Shown: positions 40,625-55,616 of the stretch, piece by piece
Numbering within the stretch: position 1 is the stretch's first letter
Layout: every line of letters starts with the position of its first letter
Assembly: GCA_951406725.2 (NCBI GenBank)
Contig: OX597843.1
Location: 4,588,001-4,652,000, forward strand
Source: Octopus vulgaris
Taxonomy: Eukaryota
DNA length: 64,000 nt
Direction: 5' to 3'
Program-made: the position numbers and the translations under genes
The notes under the pieces: model-generated
Told to the model about the DNA's origin: nothing
Seen by the model: only the letters and a program-made list of their open reading frames with translations
Database searches by the model: none

Positions 40625-42388
40625 GCAGGATACATATATACATATGTGGAGGCGCAATGGCCCAGCGGTTGGGGCAGAAACTCGCGGTTTCGATTCCCAG
40701 ACCGGGTGCTGTGAGTGTTTATTGAGCGAATACACCTAAAAGGTCCACGAGGCACCAGTAAGGAGTGGTGGTGATCCCTACTGTACTCTTTCCCCACTTC
40801 ACTCTGTACCCCCCCCCCACCATCACTGCAAACCAGACCCACAACACCCTACCCCCCAACCTCAGCCACAAACTGGTCCTTAACAACCACATAACCACCA
40901 CTACCCAATCTACCCTACTACATCTCCTCCTCAGGTGTAAACTCTCCCTTTTATATAATTAATTGAGCCCTATCGCTTTCCGCTTTCCCCTATTTTCGTG
41001 ACCTGGTCATCCAGGTAACTCGATATGCCTGTAATTACCTCTATCTAATAATAATCCTCCTTTTACACCTGTAGCAGCTAACAAGTATCATTCTACTACA
41101 CCAGTCATTCAGGATGATACTTACCTGTACCTCCAGATTAATCTATACAGGTGACTAAACTGTAACCTACTCTGCTAGATATTTTAAGCATTTCAGCCGT
41201 GATCCCTGATGAGGAAGGGGTTTTCCCTGCCTTCATATCCTTAACTAACTCCCTTATCTATCTATCTATCTATCATACTACTGTCGACAAGAATGGCTGG
41301 TTACTCAGTCAGGTTCACATTAACAAGACTATCATCATCATCATCATTTAACGTCCATTTTCTGTGCTGTCATGGGTTGGACAGTTTGACCAAAAACTGG
41401 TAAGCTTGGGCGCTGCACCAAGTTCCAATCTGATTTGGGGACAAACAAGGACAGACATAGGCATTAAGTCGCTTACATCGACCCCAGTGCGCAACTGGTA
41501 CTTAATTTATTGACCCCGAGAGGATGAAAGGCAAAGTCGACCTTGTCGGAATTTGAACTCAGATCATAACGACAGACGAAATACCTATTTCTTTACTACC
41601 CACAAGGGGCTAAACACAGAGGGGACAAACAAGGACAGACAAACGGATTAAGTCAATTACATCGACTCCAGTGCGTAACTGGTACTTAATTTATCGACTC
41701 CGAAAGGATGAAAGGCAAAGTCGACCTTGTCGGAATTTGAACTCAGAACGTAATGGCAGACGAAATAGCTATTTCTTTACTACCCACAAGGGGCTAAATA
41801 CAGAGGGGACAAACAAGGACAGACAAAGGGATTAAGTTGATTACATCGACCCCAGTGCGTAACTGGTACTTAATTTATCGACCCCAACGGAATATGAACT
41901 CAGATTGTAACGGCAGATGAAATACCGCTAAGCATTTCGCCCAGTGTGCTAACGTTTCTGCCAGCTCGCCGCCTTCGCTAAACAGCCTTTCATAGTAGCA
42001 CTTCCATCCATGACTCAGCCACGAATGCAATTTCACGAGGCTTCTCTTTCTCCCGTGTACTTTACCTGCACTAAACAGCCTTTCATAGCAGCACTTCCAT
42101 GCCTCTTTAATTTCAGAACCACTCAGTGCAAAGGCACATATTTCGAACTGATAGCATCTTGAGTCTTCCCAACACACTCTCTTGCAAACCAGAACACCTC
42201 AAGAATCTGATCCTAGCGCTGTAGAACATTGGCAAACATCTCTCTTTCAGCTTCTTCCTTTACTAAGTAAACTTGGTACCTAGCTTCCCTTCCTGCTACT
42301 TGACATAATTTTCTGCTATCCACATTCTTCCTTCATGTATCATATATGTATCATCATGTATATATGTGTATATATATATATATATATA

Positions 42389-42772
42389 TCTCTCTATATA
42401 AACGGCAGTTTGTCTGTGTGTGTTTCTGTGTGTCTGTCAGGTTGTACCCTCACCCTGACCACGGCTTTCAACCGATTCTGATGAAACTTGACACACACAT
42501 AGCCCAATGTCATAATTCAAAACTAACGCAGCGAAAATTTGGAAAAGTTCCCCCAGTTCTGAAAAAAAAATCGATAAATTCGACATGGGGTCGAGAATTA
42601 GAAACACAAACCGCAAACTGTCTAGGGGACGCAACTCCACTTTTTTTACTCTCCAAAAAAAATTTACCATCATTTTTTTCCATTTTTTTGATATTTTTTG
42701 GCTATAACTCTCTAAAAATGCTTTATAGTTATTTCCCTTACAAACCTGAGCAACGCCGGGCGATACTGCTAG
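42389..42772 (+). mobile_element. Short non-autonomous Helitron
   Basis: A|TC 5' end, CTAG|T 3' end, subterminal GC hairpin CCTGAGCAACGCCGGG (42745-42760), no TSD, inserted in (TA)n. Confidence 0.75.
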
Positions 42773-43202
42773 TATATATATATATATATATTACTCTTTT
42801 ACTCTTTTACTTGTTGCAGTCATTTGACTGCAGCCATGCTGGAGCACCGCCTTTTAGTCGAGCAACTCGACCCCGGGACTTATTCTTTTGTAAGCCCAGT
42901 ACTTATTCTATCGGTCTCTTTTGACGAACCGCTAAGTAACGAGGGGAACATAAACACACCAGCATTGGTTGTCAAGCAATGCTAGTGGGACAAACACAGA
43001 CACACACACACACACATACATATATATATATACATATATATGACAGGCTTCTTTCAGTTTCCGTCTACCAAATCCACTCACAAGTCATTGGTCGGCCCGG
43101 GGCTATAGTAGAAGACACTTGCCCAAGGTGCCACGTAGTGGGACTGAACCCGGAACCATGTGGTTGGTTAGCAAGCTACTTACCACACAGCCACTCCTGC
43201 AC

Positions 43203-43230
<28 letters not shown>

Positions 43231-43233
<3 letters not shown>

Positions 43234-43410
43234 CAAAATAAGCAACAAGAATATCTTCGGTAATTTGGTACGATCATTTCATGCTACATCATTTTACTAA
43301 ATATTGTAAGTATTACAACAGTTTTAAAATGTTGAGCAATCATCAGCCATTTATAGAGGTTTTCCATTAATACATAATTTTCATATTAATACTTGTTGCT
43401 TATTTTGATT
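43231..43410 (-). ncRNA. Type-I hammerhead-like motif (43266-43349) flanked by a 19-bp perfect inverted repeat; Penelope-like relic
   Basis: Minus strand reads TGG-CTGATGA-T-TGCT...long AT-rich stem II...AGCA-T-GAAA-TGATCG-TA-CCA. The IR is AATCAAAATAAGCAACAAG (43231-43249) / CTTGTTGCTTATTTTGATT (43392-43410). Confidence 0.55.
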
Positions 43411-44009
43411 ATAATCACCCCATGGATTTATATGGATAACACCATACAAAATTCTGGTGCCTCTGACTTAAGTACCATATTCATTTGAATCTAAATTTTG
43501 CTGAACTTATATATATATCACGTGATCGACCAGACCATCAGATGTTGTTACACATCGCTGGTCACGATGCGTTCGCATTGTTTTAGCCTTCGAACGACGC
43601 CACCCTGCTGGCTAAGCGAGCAGGCCAACAGAAGAAAGAGTGAGAGAAAGTGTGGTGAAAGAGTACAGCAAGGGTCACCCCCCCCCCCCTGACGGAGCCT
43701 CATGGAGCTTTTAAGTGTTTTCGCTCAATAAACACACACAACGCCCGGTCTGGGAATCGAAACCGCGATCCTACGACTGCAAGTCCGCTGCCTTAACCAC
43801 TAGGCCATTGCGCCTATATATATATATACACACACACAACGTGTGTCTTTCAGTTTCTCTCTACCAAATCCACTCACAAGGCTTTGGTAGGCCCGAGGGT
43901 ATAGCAGAAGACATCTACACTTGGTGCCACAGACTGAGACTGAACCTGGAACCATGTGGCTGGGAAGCAAGCTACTTACCACACAGCCACACCTGCACCT
44001 ATATATATA

Positions 44010-45330
44010 ATAATAATAAAACATTGTGTACAGTGCTCAGGTGCGCCCACAACTCATCTAAAGTGTATGTATAGTAGATAGGGTAATGTACAAGCGTCAG
44101 GTAAAGAACAGTGCATGAGTCATGACATACACATGTGTGTATGAGTATGGAAAGGGGACAATCAGGGGTAGTTTTGGCAGATTTCGGAAAGCATGAGGGC
44201 CTTAAAGGATGCAGTGTCATGGCAGTCAACAACTGATGCAGGCAGTTTATTCCAGGCTTCAGCAACTCTCAGCGTGAAAAAATGTTTCCGAAAGTCATGG
44301 AAGGAGCTGTGCTGTTTTCTGACTTTGTAGGCATGTAGGCGCAGGAGTGGCTGTGTGGTAAGTAGCTTGCTAACCAACCACATGGTTCCGGGTTCAGTCC
44401 CACTGCGTGACATCTTGGGCAAGTGTCTTCTGCTATAGCCCCGGGCCGACCAATGCCTTGTGAGTGGATTTGGTAGACGGAAACTGAAAGAAGCCTGTCG
44501 TATATATGTGTATATGTATGTGTGTGTCTGTGTTTGTACCCCTAGCATTGCTTGACAACCGATGCTGGTGTGCTGACGTCCCCGTTACTTAGCGGTTCGG
44601 CAAAAAGAGACCGATAGAATAAGTACTGGGCTCACAAAAAATAAATCCCGGGGTCGATTTGCTCGACTAAAGGCGGTGCTCCAGCATGGCCGCAGTCAAA
44701 TGATTGAAACAAGTAAAAGAGTAAACAGTATGTCCACGTGTGTTGGACACATGGAGATCAAAAAAGGTGTTCAGTGTTGTTGTTGTTGGTGGTGAGGTGG
44801 TTGATAACTTTGTGGGTGTTTACCAAGTCCGTTGCCAGACGCCGGAGCTTCGGTGAATCCCATGCCCAGGGAAACAAGGCGCTCAGAGTATGGTAGGTGT
44901 CTGATGGAGGGTATGCGTTTGGTTGATAAAAGCATCCAATACTCTCTGTAAAGTGGTTGGCAACTCTGAGCGCGAAAAAATGTTTCCGAAAGTCATGGAA
45001 GGAGCTGTGCTGTTTTCTGACTTTGTAGGCATGTCCACGTGTGTTAGACACATGGAGATCAAAAAGGTGTTGTTGGTGAGGTGGTTGATAACTTTGTGGG
45101 TGTTTACCAAGTCCGTCGCCAGACGCAGGAGCTTCAGTGAATCCATGGCCAGGGAAACAAGGCGCTCAGAGTATGGTAGGTGTCTGATGGAGGGTATGCG
45201 TTTGGTTGCACGTCTCTGAACAGATTCCAGGGGGGTCAATGTTCTGAGCAAGATAGGGGCTCCAAACTGATGATGCGAATTCCAAGTGTGGTCGTACAAT
45301 AGCTGTACACAGCTTTAAGTAGATGGCTAT
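44010..45330 (-). mobile_element. CR1/L2-like LINE 3' end, internally duplicated and interrupted by SINE A (44338-44727)
   Basis: LESVQRRATKRIPSIRHLPYSERL, TRGHAYKV and FFTLRVAEAWNKLPASVV. Confidence 0.85.
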
Positions 45331-45869
45331 AAATATACACAATGGATTTCTTTTAATTCTGTCAGTAAAGCCCGCTTACAATGCTTCGGTTGCATATGAA
45401 AGCCCGCATGTGCGCATGTGTGTACGTTGCAAAGTGGTGCATTGTCAATAAGGTCACATGTCACGCGATACACCATATCACGCCATTATTAATATTATCG
45501 TTATCATTAGTCCTAATTAGAAGGTGCGAAGCAGACAGGTACGCAACCTATTTTCTAGTGTTGCTGCCGCTACCTGGCTGAGTGTGTCCTCTTTCACTCT
45601 CTCTCTCTTTCACTCTCTTTCTCTCTCTCTCACACACACACACACAGAGACACACCTCTCTTTCCCTCGTTCCTTCATTCTCACTTTCTTTTTCTCTCCA
45701 CAGTGAGTCCCCGCCCTCACACGACTCCAAACCTTTCCAAGAGCGCCACTCTACCCTCGTCAGAAACCTTCTGTCTCAGCTGTACATGCATGACAGACCC
45801 TAACAAGAGTGAATCCCCTACTTTCTCTGCTTGACTTAACACAATCTCCCCACGAAAATAATTAGAGCA

Positions 45870-46520
45870 CTTTAGACAATGTAGTCCTTGATACACTATG
45901 CCTGAATAAAAGACAGGATGGTCACAGCTGGAACATCTCTGATCATAGGTCTGTCTGGATCAGACCTGACCCGGGGCTAAACAACAACAAGGAAGGACAC
46001 ATTAGATAATGTAGTCCTAGATACACTATGCCTGAATAAAAGACAGGATGGTCACTGCTGGAACATCTTTGATCAGAGGTCTGCTGGATCAGGACTGACC
46101 TGGGGTTAAACAACAAGGAAGGACACATTAGATAATGTAGTCCTAGATACACTATGCCTGAATAAAAGACAGGATGGTCACAGCTGGAACATCTTTGATC
46201 AGAGGTCTGCTGGATCAAGACTGACCTGGGGCTAAACAACAAGGAAGGTCACATTAGATAATGTAGTCCTAGATACACTATGCCTGAATAAAAGACAGGA
46301 TGGTCACAGCTGGAACATCTTTGATCAGAGGTTTGCTGGATCAGGATTGACCTGGGGCTAAACAACTGAAACAAGGAAGGACACATTGGAATATGTAGTC
46401 CTAGGTGCACTATGTCTGAATCAAAGACAGGATGGTCACAACTGGAATGTCTTTGGTTCTTTTGTCTCCCTATCATAATAAAAACTGCTTCTAATTAAAA
46501 CGCAGGCCAATAATTTCGAG
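45870..46520. repeat. ~126-bp tandem array (~5 units) plus unique flank
   Basis: GTAGTCCTAGATACACTATGCCTGAATAAAAGACAGGATGG at 45881, 46011, 46137, 46263 and 46395. Confidence 0.9.
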
Positions 46521-47593
46521 GGAAGCTCAGAGTTACTTGACTGCATCAGTCCCAGCATTTAATAGGGGGCACAAGTCGACCTCAGCAGAATTTGAACCCT
46601 GCATGTAAAGCTCAAATGAATGCTTTAATAACAGCAATTTCGGCACAAGGCCAGCAATTTTGAGAAACACAGCTAGTTGATTACATGGAACCCCAGTATA
46701 CAACTGGTACTTAATTTATCGACCCCGATAGGATGAAAGGTAAAGTCGACCTCAACGGAATTTGAACTCAGAACGTAGCAGCAGATGAAATACCTATTTC
46801 TTTACTACCCACAAGGGGCTAAACACAGAGGGGACAAACAAGGACAGACAAACAGATTAAGTCTATTACATCGAACCCCAGTGCGTAACTGGTACTTATT
46901 TAATCGACCCCGAAAGGATGAAAGGCAAAGCATGCTAACGTTTCTGCCAGCATGCTGCCTTAAACACATATATACATATACACACACATACATATATATT
47001 ACAATGCTAAAAAGTATTTGTTGCAAAAATGGATAAACAAACCTCAAACCTATGACCATTGAACAAAATACAATCGTTTTTATTTTTGTGGGTTTTTTTT
47101 CTTAGCTTTGTGGTTTTGTTCTTTCCTCAAAGACTCTAAGTGTCCTTTTCCTGTTCCATTCTGAGTTTTCTTGACATAATTGCCTTTTAATACCTCAATA
47201 ATATTAGTTTTTCCAAAATAAAGGGTAGCTTAGATTATATATTCATACAAGCTCACACACGCACGCATGTATGTATGTATATATATATATATGTATGTAT
47301 ATATATAAGTATATATATATATGTATGTATATATATAAGTATATATAAATATGTATGTATATGTATATATATATATAAATATGTATGTATATGTATATAT
47401 ATATATAAATATGTATGTATATGTATATATATATATAAATATGTATGTATATGTATATATACATACATATATATGTATATATATGTATGTATATACATAC
47501 ATATATATGTATATGTATATATATATATGTATATGTATATATATGTATGTATATACATACATATATATGTATGTATATATGTATGTATATATA

Positions 47594-47640
<47 letters not shown>

Positions 47641-47651
47641 ATATGTATGTA

Positions 47652-47686
<35 letters not shown>

Positions 47687-48839
47687 AAACACACATATAT
47701 AGACATACATATGTGTATGTTTATGTACACACATACATGTGTGTACATAAACATATAGATATAACGCATACATACATACATACATACATACATACATACA
47801 TACATGTGTGTGTGTGTGTTTTTATCTTGTAATAGATTCTGTTTTTTGGTAAAGTCTCCAAGTCTCATGGCTGAAATATGTAATTAAAGAAACTCAAGGT
47901 TCCTTGCCAAAATAAACCATGAATTATAAATAAATGAATATATATATAAAAAAATTAATGCATTCCACCATCATCATCACCATCATCTCCCCTCCCCCCC
48001 ACCCTGTAGTCTTCTTCCCCACCATTGCTGACTGAATCGCGTCCATCATCGCCACCACTGCCAACATCACCATGAACATCATCATCATAACCATCACCAC
48101 CACCACCATCATAACCATCATAACCATCATCACAACCACCACCACCATCATCATAATCATCATCACCACCATCACCATCATCATAACCATCATCACCACC
48201 ACCATCATAACCATCATCACTACCACCACCACCATCATCATCATAATCATCATCACCATCATCATCACAACAATCACCACCACCATCAACACCACCACCA
48301 TCAACACCACCACCACCATCACAATCATCACCATGAACATCATCATCATAATCACCACCATCATCACCACCATCATCATAACCACCACCACCACCGCCGC
48401 TGCCCCCACCCCCACCACATCGCCCGCCACCCTGCAGACACAAACAAACAAACAAGGAGAAAAGTAACAATCGTTTCTTTTTTTTCCTGTCTACATCCAT
48501 TTTCAACAACACCCCCCCCATCCACCACCCCCACACACACATATACACATGTGCATACACACACACACACACACACACACACGTGTATGCATATGTGCAT
48601 ACACTCGCGTGCACATATACCAATGTGCACCTACGTATTTTACAATATATAGACACATACATCTGTACACACATCTCCACACATAAATACAAACACACAA
48701 ACACACAAACACATGACCAATTCAAAACAAATTCTATTTTTGTCATCATTAAATATTAAAATTGTGTCTTTTTGTACAGATGTATAAATGTATCTACATG
48801 TGTGTGTGTGCATGTGTGTGTATATATATATATATACAT

Positions 48840-49787
48840 AGTTAAGTTAATTTTTGGCTCAAAAAGCAAAAAGCAAGGCCATGTAGGGGGGACATGGAGC
48901 TATGTACATGGAGGGTGTTCATGCAAAGAGTTCAGGCCATTTGTAGTCAAGGGAGACTTTGAACCGAGCGGTCGTCGGCATCTTCACCATCTCGTCCGGC
49001 AGTTTATCCCACGGATCCGCAACCCGGACGGAGAAAGTCCCTCTCCTTCGATTGAGATGAAATCGTCGCAGATAGAGCTTTTCTGTGTGTGTGTGTGTGT
49101 TAAGTTAAGTTAATTTTTTGGCTCAAAAAGCAAAAAGCAAGGCCATGTAGGGGGACATGGAGTTATGTACAGGGAGGGTGTTCATGCAAAGAGTTCAGGC
49201 CATTTGTAGTCAAGGGAGACTTTGAACTGAGCGGTCGTCGGCATCTTCACCATCTCGTCCGGCAGCTTATCCCACGGATCCGCAACCCGGACGGAGAAAG
49301 CCCCTCTCCTTCGATTGAGATGAAAGATCTAAACTAATTGGTACGGGCACCTTGGGCAAGTGTCTTCTGCTATAGCCCTGGGCCGACCAATGCCTTGTGA
49401 GTGGATTTGGTAGACGCAAACTGAAAGAAGCCCGTCGTATATATATGTGTGTGTGTGTGTGTGTAGAATATGAGGTGTTTAGTTCACTGATAAGTGAACT
49501 TACGTTTTTGACTAAAAAAGCAAACAGCAAGGCCATGTAGGGGGACATGGAGTTATGTACAGGGTGGTGTTCATGTAAAGAGTTCAGGCCATGTAGGGGG
49601 ACATGGAGTTATGTACAGGGTGGTGTTCATGTAAAGAGTTCAGGCCATTTGTAGTCAAGGGAGACTTTGAACCGAGCGGTCGTCGGCATCTTCACTATCT
49701 TGTCCGGCAGCTTATTCCATGGATCCGCAACCCGGACGGAGAAAGCCCCTCTCCTTCGATTGAGATGAAATCGTCGCAGATAGAGCT

Positions 49788-49822
<35 letters not shown>

Positions 49823-50310
49823 AGTTAATTTTTTGGCTCAAAAAGCAAAAAGCAAGGCCATGTAGGGGGACATGGAGTTATGTACAGGGAGGGTGTTCAT
49901 GCAAAGAGTTCAGGCCACTTGTGGTCAAGGGAGACTTTGAACCAAGCGGTCGTCGGCATCTTCACCATCTCGTCCGGCAGCTTATCCCACGGATCCGCAA
50001 CCCGGACGGAGAAAGCCCCTCTCCTTCGATTGAGATGAAATCGTTGCAGATAGAGCTTTTGGAATGACCCCGCAGCCGACGCTCTGGAGCAGGAGTGAAG
50101 AACAGCTCTTTCGAGAGGTTACACTTTCTGCTTATGATGTTGTGAGCAAGAATGAGATCACCACGGCGTCATCGTTTTTCTAGAGAATAAAGGTCGAGCG
50201 TCGTCAGCCTTTCTTCATAAGACAAATTCTTGACACCAAGAACCATGCGGGTAGCCAACTTCTGGACTCTTTCGAGATGCTGTATGTCTTTGAGGAGATA
50301 AGGAGAAGAG
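48840..50310 (-). mobile_element. CR1/L2-like LINE 3' end with several tandemly re-duplicated 3' termini; another copy at ~60650-60922
   Basis: SPYLLKDIQHLERVQKLATRMV...LSYEERL, RLRGHS-KL and FSVRVADPWNKLPDEMV. The 3' end recurs at ~48841, 49100, 49510 and 49820. Confidence 0.85.
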
Positions 50311-50622
50311 GCTATATATATATGTGTGTGTGTGTATGTGTGCATTTCTGTGTTTGTGTACAAATGTATATGTATATATATATGTGTGTGTGTATGTGTA
50401 TATATATACTCTTTTTTTTACTCTTTTTACTTGTTTCAGTCATTTAACTGCGGCCATGCTGGAGCACCGCTTTTAATCGAGCAACTCGACCCCGGGACTT
50501 ATTCTTTGTAAGCCCAGTACTTATTCTATTGGTCTCTTTCGCCGAACTGCTAAGTGACGGGGACATAAACACACCAGCATCGGTTGTCAAGCAATGCTAG
50601 GGGGACAAACACAGACACACAA

Positions 50623-50661
<39 letters not shown>

Positions 50662-50820
50662 TACGACAGGCTTCTTTCAGTTTCCGTCTACCAAATCCAC
50701 TCACAAGGCTTTGGTCGGCCCGGGGCTATAGTAGAAGACCCTTTCCCAAGGTGCCACGCAGTGGGACTGAACCCGGAACCATGTGGTTGGTTAGCAAGCT
50801 ACTTACCACACAGCCACTCC

Positions 50821-50862
<42 letters not shown>

Positions 50863-51481
50863 CATATATACGATGGGCTTCTTTCAGTTTCCTTCTACCA
50901 AATCCACTCACAAGGCTTTAGTCGGCCCGGGGCTATAGCAGAAGACACTTGCCCAAGATGCCACGCAGTGGGACTGAACCCGGAACCATGTTGTTCGTAA
51001 GCAAGCTACTTACCACACAGCCACTCCTACGCCTATATGTGTATGTATGTGTACGTAAAATACACGTGCGTGTATCTGTGCGTACGTGCTTACACAGCTG
51101 TGTATGTATGTATGTATGTATGTATGTATGTGTGGCTGTGTGTCCGTACACAGGTATGCAAATTTGTACGATTATTTATACTCCGCACTTGTCACAGCTT
51201 GAACAAAGCTGACACTGGTCGTTGCTATTGTCATGACAACCAGTTTCGCAGCATTTTTTCAAGAGTGGCAGAGTAAAAGAAAAACCCCTTACCTGAAAAA
51301 CAGGTAGCGGTCGGCAGAATCAGGAAAGGACGTCCGACCGGACAACACCGCAGAACTTTTCATAGAAACCCAGGCTATTTTGAGGCAAAACAGGTTTTAT
51401 GAACAGGCGAGGCCATGTGGTAAGAAGCTTGCTGCCCAACCACATGGTTCCGGGTTCAGTTCCACTTCGTAGCACCTTGGT

Positions 51482-52558
51482 TATAGATCTGTCTGGATCA
51501 GACCTGACCTCGGGCTAAACAACAAGGAAGGACACATTAGATAATGTAGTCCTAGATACACTATGCCTGAATAAAAGACAGGATGGTCACAGCTGGAATA
51601 TCCTTGATCATAGGTCTACTGGATCAGGACTGACCTGGGGCTAAACAATAAGGAAGGACACATTAGATAATGTAGTCCTAGATACACTATGCCTGAATAA
51701 AAGACAGGATGGTCACAGATGGAACATCTTGGATCATAGGTCTACTGGATCAGGACTTACCTGGGGCTAAACAATAAGGAAGGACACATTAGATAATGTA
51801 GTCCTAGATACACTATGCCTGAATAAAAGACAGGATGGTCACAGCTGGAATATCCTTGATCATAGGTCTACTGGATCAGGACTGACCTGGGGCTAAACAA
51901 TAAGGAAGGACACATTAGATAATGTAGTCCTAGATACACTATGCCTGAATAAAAGACAGGATGGTCACAGATGGAACATCTTGGATCATAGGTCTACTGG
52001 ATCAGGACTTACCTGGGGCTAAACAATAAGGAAGGACACATTAGATAATGTAGTCCTAGATACACTATGCCTGAATAAAAGACAGGATGGTCACAGCTGG
52101 AATATCCTTGATCATAGGTCTACTGGATCAGGACTGACCTGGGGCTAAACAATAAGGAAGGACACATTAGATAATGTAGTCCTAGATACACTATGCCTGA
52201 ATAAAAGACAGGATGGTCACAGATGGAACATCTTGGATCATAGGTCTACTGGATCAGGACTTACCTGGGGCTAAACAATAAGGAAGGACACATTAGATAA
52301 TGTAGTCCTAGATACACTATGTCTGAATAAAAGACAGGATGGTCACAGCTGGAACGTCTTTGATCATAGGTCTGCTTGATCAGGACTGACCTGGGGCTAA
52401 ACAACTGAAACAAGGAAGGACACATTAGATAATGTAGTCCTAGATACACTATGTCTGAATAAAAGACAGGATGGTCACAACTGGAATGTCTTTGGTTCTT
52501 TTGTCTCCCTATCATAATAACAACTGCTTCTAATTTAGATGCAGGCCAATAATTTCGA
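51482..52558. repeat. 126-bp tandem array (~8 units) of the same family, with alternating A/B variants
   Basis: The same marker occurs every 126 bp from 51546 to 52302, then at ~52434. Confidence 0.9.
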
Positions 52559-53487
52559 ATTGTGAATGGATTTGGTAGATGAAACAAGGAGATTGCAATC
52601 GCCAAATAAGGCTCAGGAAGGACCTTCCACTCGATTTATTGTTGTGGGTTTATCTCTCTACAGCTCTCCACTGATCATTCTCCCTGCTACCGTCTCTCAT
52701 ACTTTACTCCCCACCCTCATCTCCTAACATAAAGCCATCTCTCTCAGGGTCCTCAGTTTTGCAAGCTGCATGGCAACCTCACTGGTGCTGGTGCCAGATA
52801 AAAAATAAAGAAAAACACCCAGTCCACACTGTAAAGTGGTTAGCATTAGGAAGAGCATCCAGCCGTAGAAGAAGCATACCAAAGGTGGCATTGGAACAGG
52901 AGATGGCCCTCCAGCCTGTGAAATGGTGTCAGATCATGAGAACCACACAGGGGTGGAACACAGACAATAAGCATTAAAGGCAACGATTATGAGGATGATG
53001 ATGATTGTGATGATGATGATGATGATGATAACAATGATGCAGGTGGCACGTAAAAAACACCATTTGAGTGTGGCCGTTGCCAGTGCCGCCAGACTGGTCC
53101 CCTGCAGGTGGCACTTTAAAAGCACCCACTACACTCTCGGAGTGGTTGGCGTTAGGAAGGGCATCCAGCTGTAGAAACTCTGCCAGAACAAGATTGGAGC
53201 CTGGTGCAGCCATCTGGTTCGCCAGACCTCAGTCAAACCGTCCAACCCATGCTAGCATGGAAAGCGGACGTTAAACGACGATGATGATGATGATGACGAC
53301 AACAATAACAACTACGATTATGATGACGACAATGACATATCCAAATCCTTTTCAGACAAGCAACGAGATAGCCACAGGTGTGTCAACACAAACACTTTAC
53401 ACACCTTCGTATAGGCAAACTTACATACGTAAACACAACCCCAAAGATATACATATACATACATACATAAACATATATATATATATA

Positions 53488-54040
53488 ACCAGCGACCGAG
53501 ACCTTTGGAAATATGCTGTACGCGAGAAGACCAGGCAGGACAAGTGAGCCCAGCCCACTCATGCATGCCTTTCCTCCCTTGGACACAAAGACCCGTTGAG
53601 GCAAGCGAAGTCGATATAGAACCTCATCCGACGACAGGCACCCATGCCAACCCCCTTTGCTTGCGAAGACATGTTGGGGCAAGTGAAATCGAAATCGAAT
53701 TGAACCAGCCAGGATCCCTGGTCTGGTGGTATGTAAAAAGCACTATCCGACTCGTGGCCGATGCCAGCGCCGTTTCGACTGGCTTCCGTGCCGGTGGCAC
53801 GTAAAATACACCAATCCGACCGTGGCCGTTGCCAGCCTTGCCTGGCACCTGTGCAGGTGGCACGTAAAAAGCACCCACTACACTCACGGAGTGGTTGGCG
53901 TTAGGAAGGGCATCCAGCTGTAGAAACACTGCCAGATAAGACTGGAGCCTGGTGCAGCCTTCTGGCTTCTCAGATCCCCGGTCGAACCGTCCAACCCATG
54001 CTAGCATGGAAAGCGGACGTAAAACGATGATGATGATGAT
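53488..54040 (+). mobile_element. RTE-like LINE extreme 3' end and 3' UTR with (GAT)n tail; related pieces at ~16125-16503, 53040-53295 and 59980-60200
   Basis: SDRDLWKYAVREKTRQDK*, then internal GGTGGCACGTAAAAAGCAC repeats and an AAACGATGATGATG tail. Confidence 0.75.
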
Positions 54041-54187
54041 ATATGTATGTATATTACTCAAATGAATTCCAACTCTACACACATATATATACATACATGA
54101 TAGTTATATACACAGGCTCACATATTTACACACTATACATCTAGTGATGTACAGACACAAACTGATATATATATATATATATGTGCT

Positions 54188-54233
<46 letters not shown>

Positions 54234-54268
54234 TATATATATATATAATATATATATATATATGTGCT

Positions 54269-54307
<39 letters not shown>

Positions 54308-54418
54308 GAACACAAAAAGTAGGACAGGTTAATTGTTAAACTGAGAATAATTAAGAGATTAAGCTAATCTGTTTTATCTCTTGATCACCTCATGACAGTA
54401 GTAGTAGTGGTGGTGGTG

Positions 54419-54457
<39 letters not shown>

Positions 54458-55560
54458 GCATGGTTTAGACACATCACCAAGAAACAACGCCCCCACCACC
54501 TTGCCATCACTCCACCCACTCCCCACACGTACACACAAAGACATGCCACCACGACCACCACCACCATCGCTACTGCCATCATCATGACCACCACCACCAC
54601 CGCAACCACTACCATCACCAGCCGCCACCACCACTATCGCATTGTCATGGCAACATAACCCTACACCACCCCACCCCACCCCACACCACACAGTACACCA
54701 TCGGCAACACCCTCCCATACACACACACACATGACCACTTAATACTCCACCACATACTACAATATCAAAGTCACAACAGTACACCACCACTACCACCACC
54801 ACCACCACCACCACCACTTCTAGCATCATCATGCAATCATTACGCAACTACTACTGCTACTACTACTACTACTGCTACTACTACTACTACAGCCACAACA
54901 CCTGCCAGCCTAAGACCTACACCACTCTACTACCAGGATTATAAGAGGACAATGACCATTGCCTTCACTACCACCACTACCACCACCACCACTACCACCT
55001 TCATCACCACCACCACCACCATCATCATCACCACCATCATCATCATCACCACCACCATCATCACCACCACCACCACCTTCACCACTGCCTTCACCACTAC
55101 CTACACCACCATCACCACCACCACTACTACCACCTTCATCACTACCACCACCACCACCACCACCACTACCACCACCATCACCACCATTGCCTTCACCACC
55201 ACCACCACCACCACCACTACTACCACCATCACCACTACCACCTTCACCACCACCACCACCACCACCATCACCACCCCTGTCCATCAATTCCACTCTGATA
55301 AAAAAAAGTGTGATGAGTCACAATTTTTGCTAATTGTTCCGCAACACTTATTGGTTACCTGGACACTACTAAGGTCACATACATACACACACACACATAT
55401 ATACAACACATATACACACACATACATACATACACATATAAACACATACATACACACACACACACACAAATGTATATACAGGTACATAGATCATTGCATA
55501 CATTTGTATCTTTCTATATATATATTTCTATATGTGCATATATGTATGTGTGTGTGTATG

Positions 55561-55616
<56 letters not shown>

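Noticed and set aside
45704-45803. Plus-strand pyrimidine tract and CAG followed by a short open frame (ESPPSHDSKPFQERH...)
   Set aside because: The tract is a CT microsatellite, and there is no recognisable homology or partner exon.
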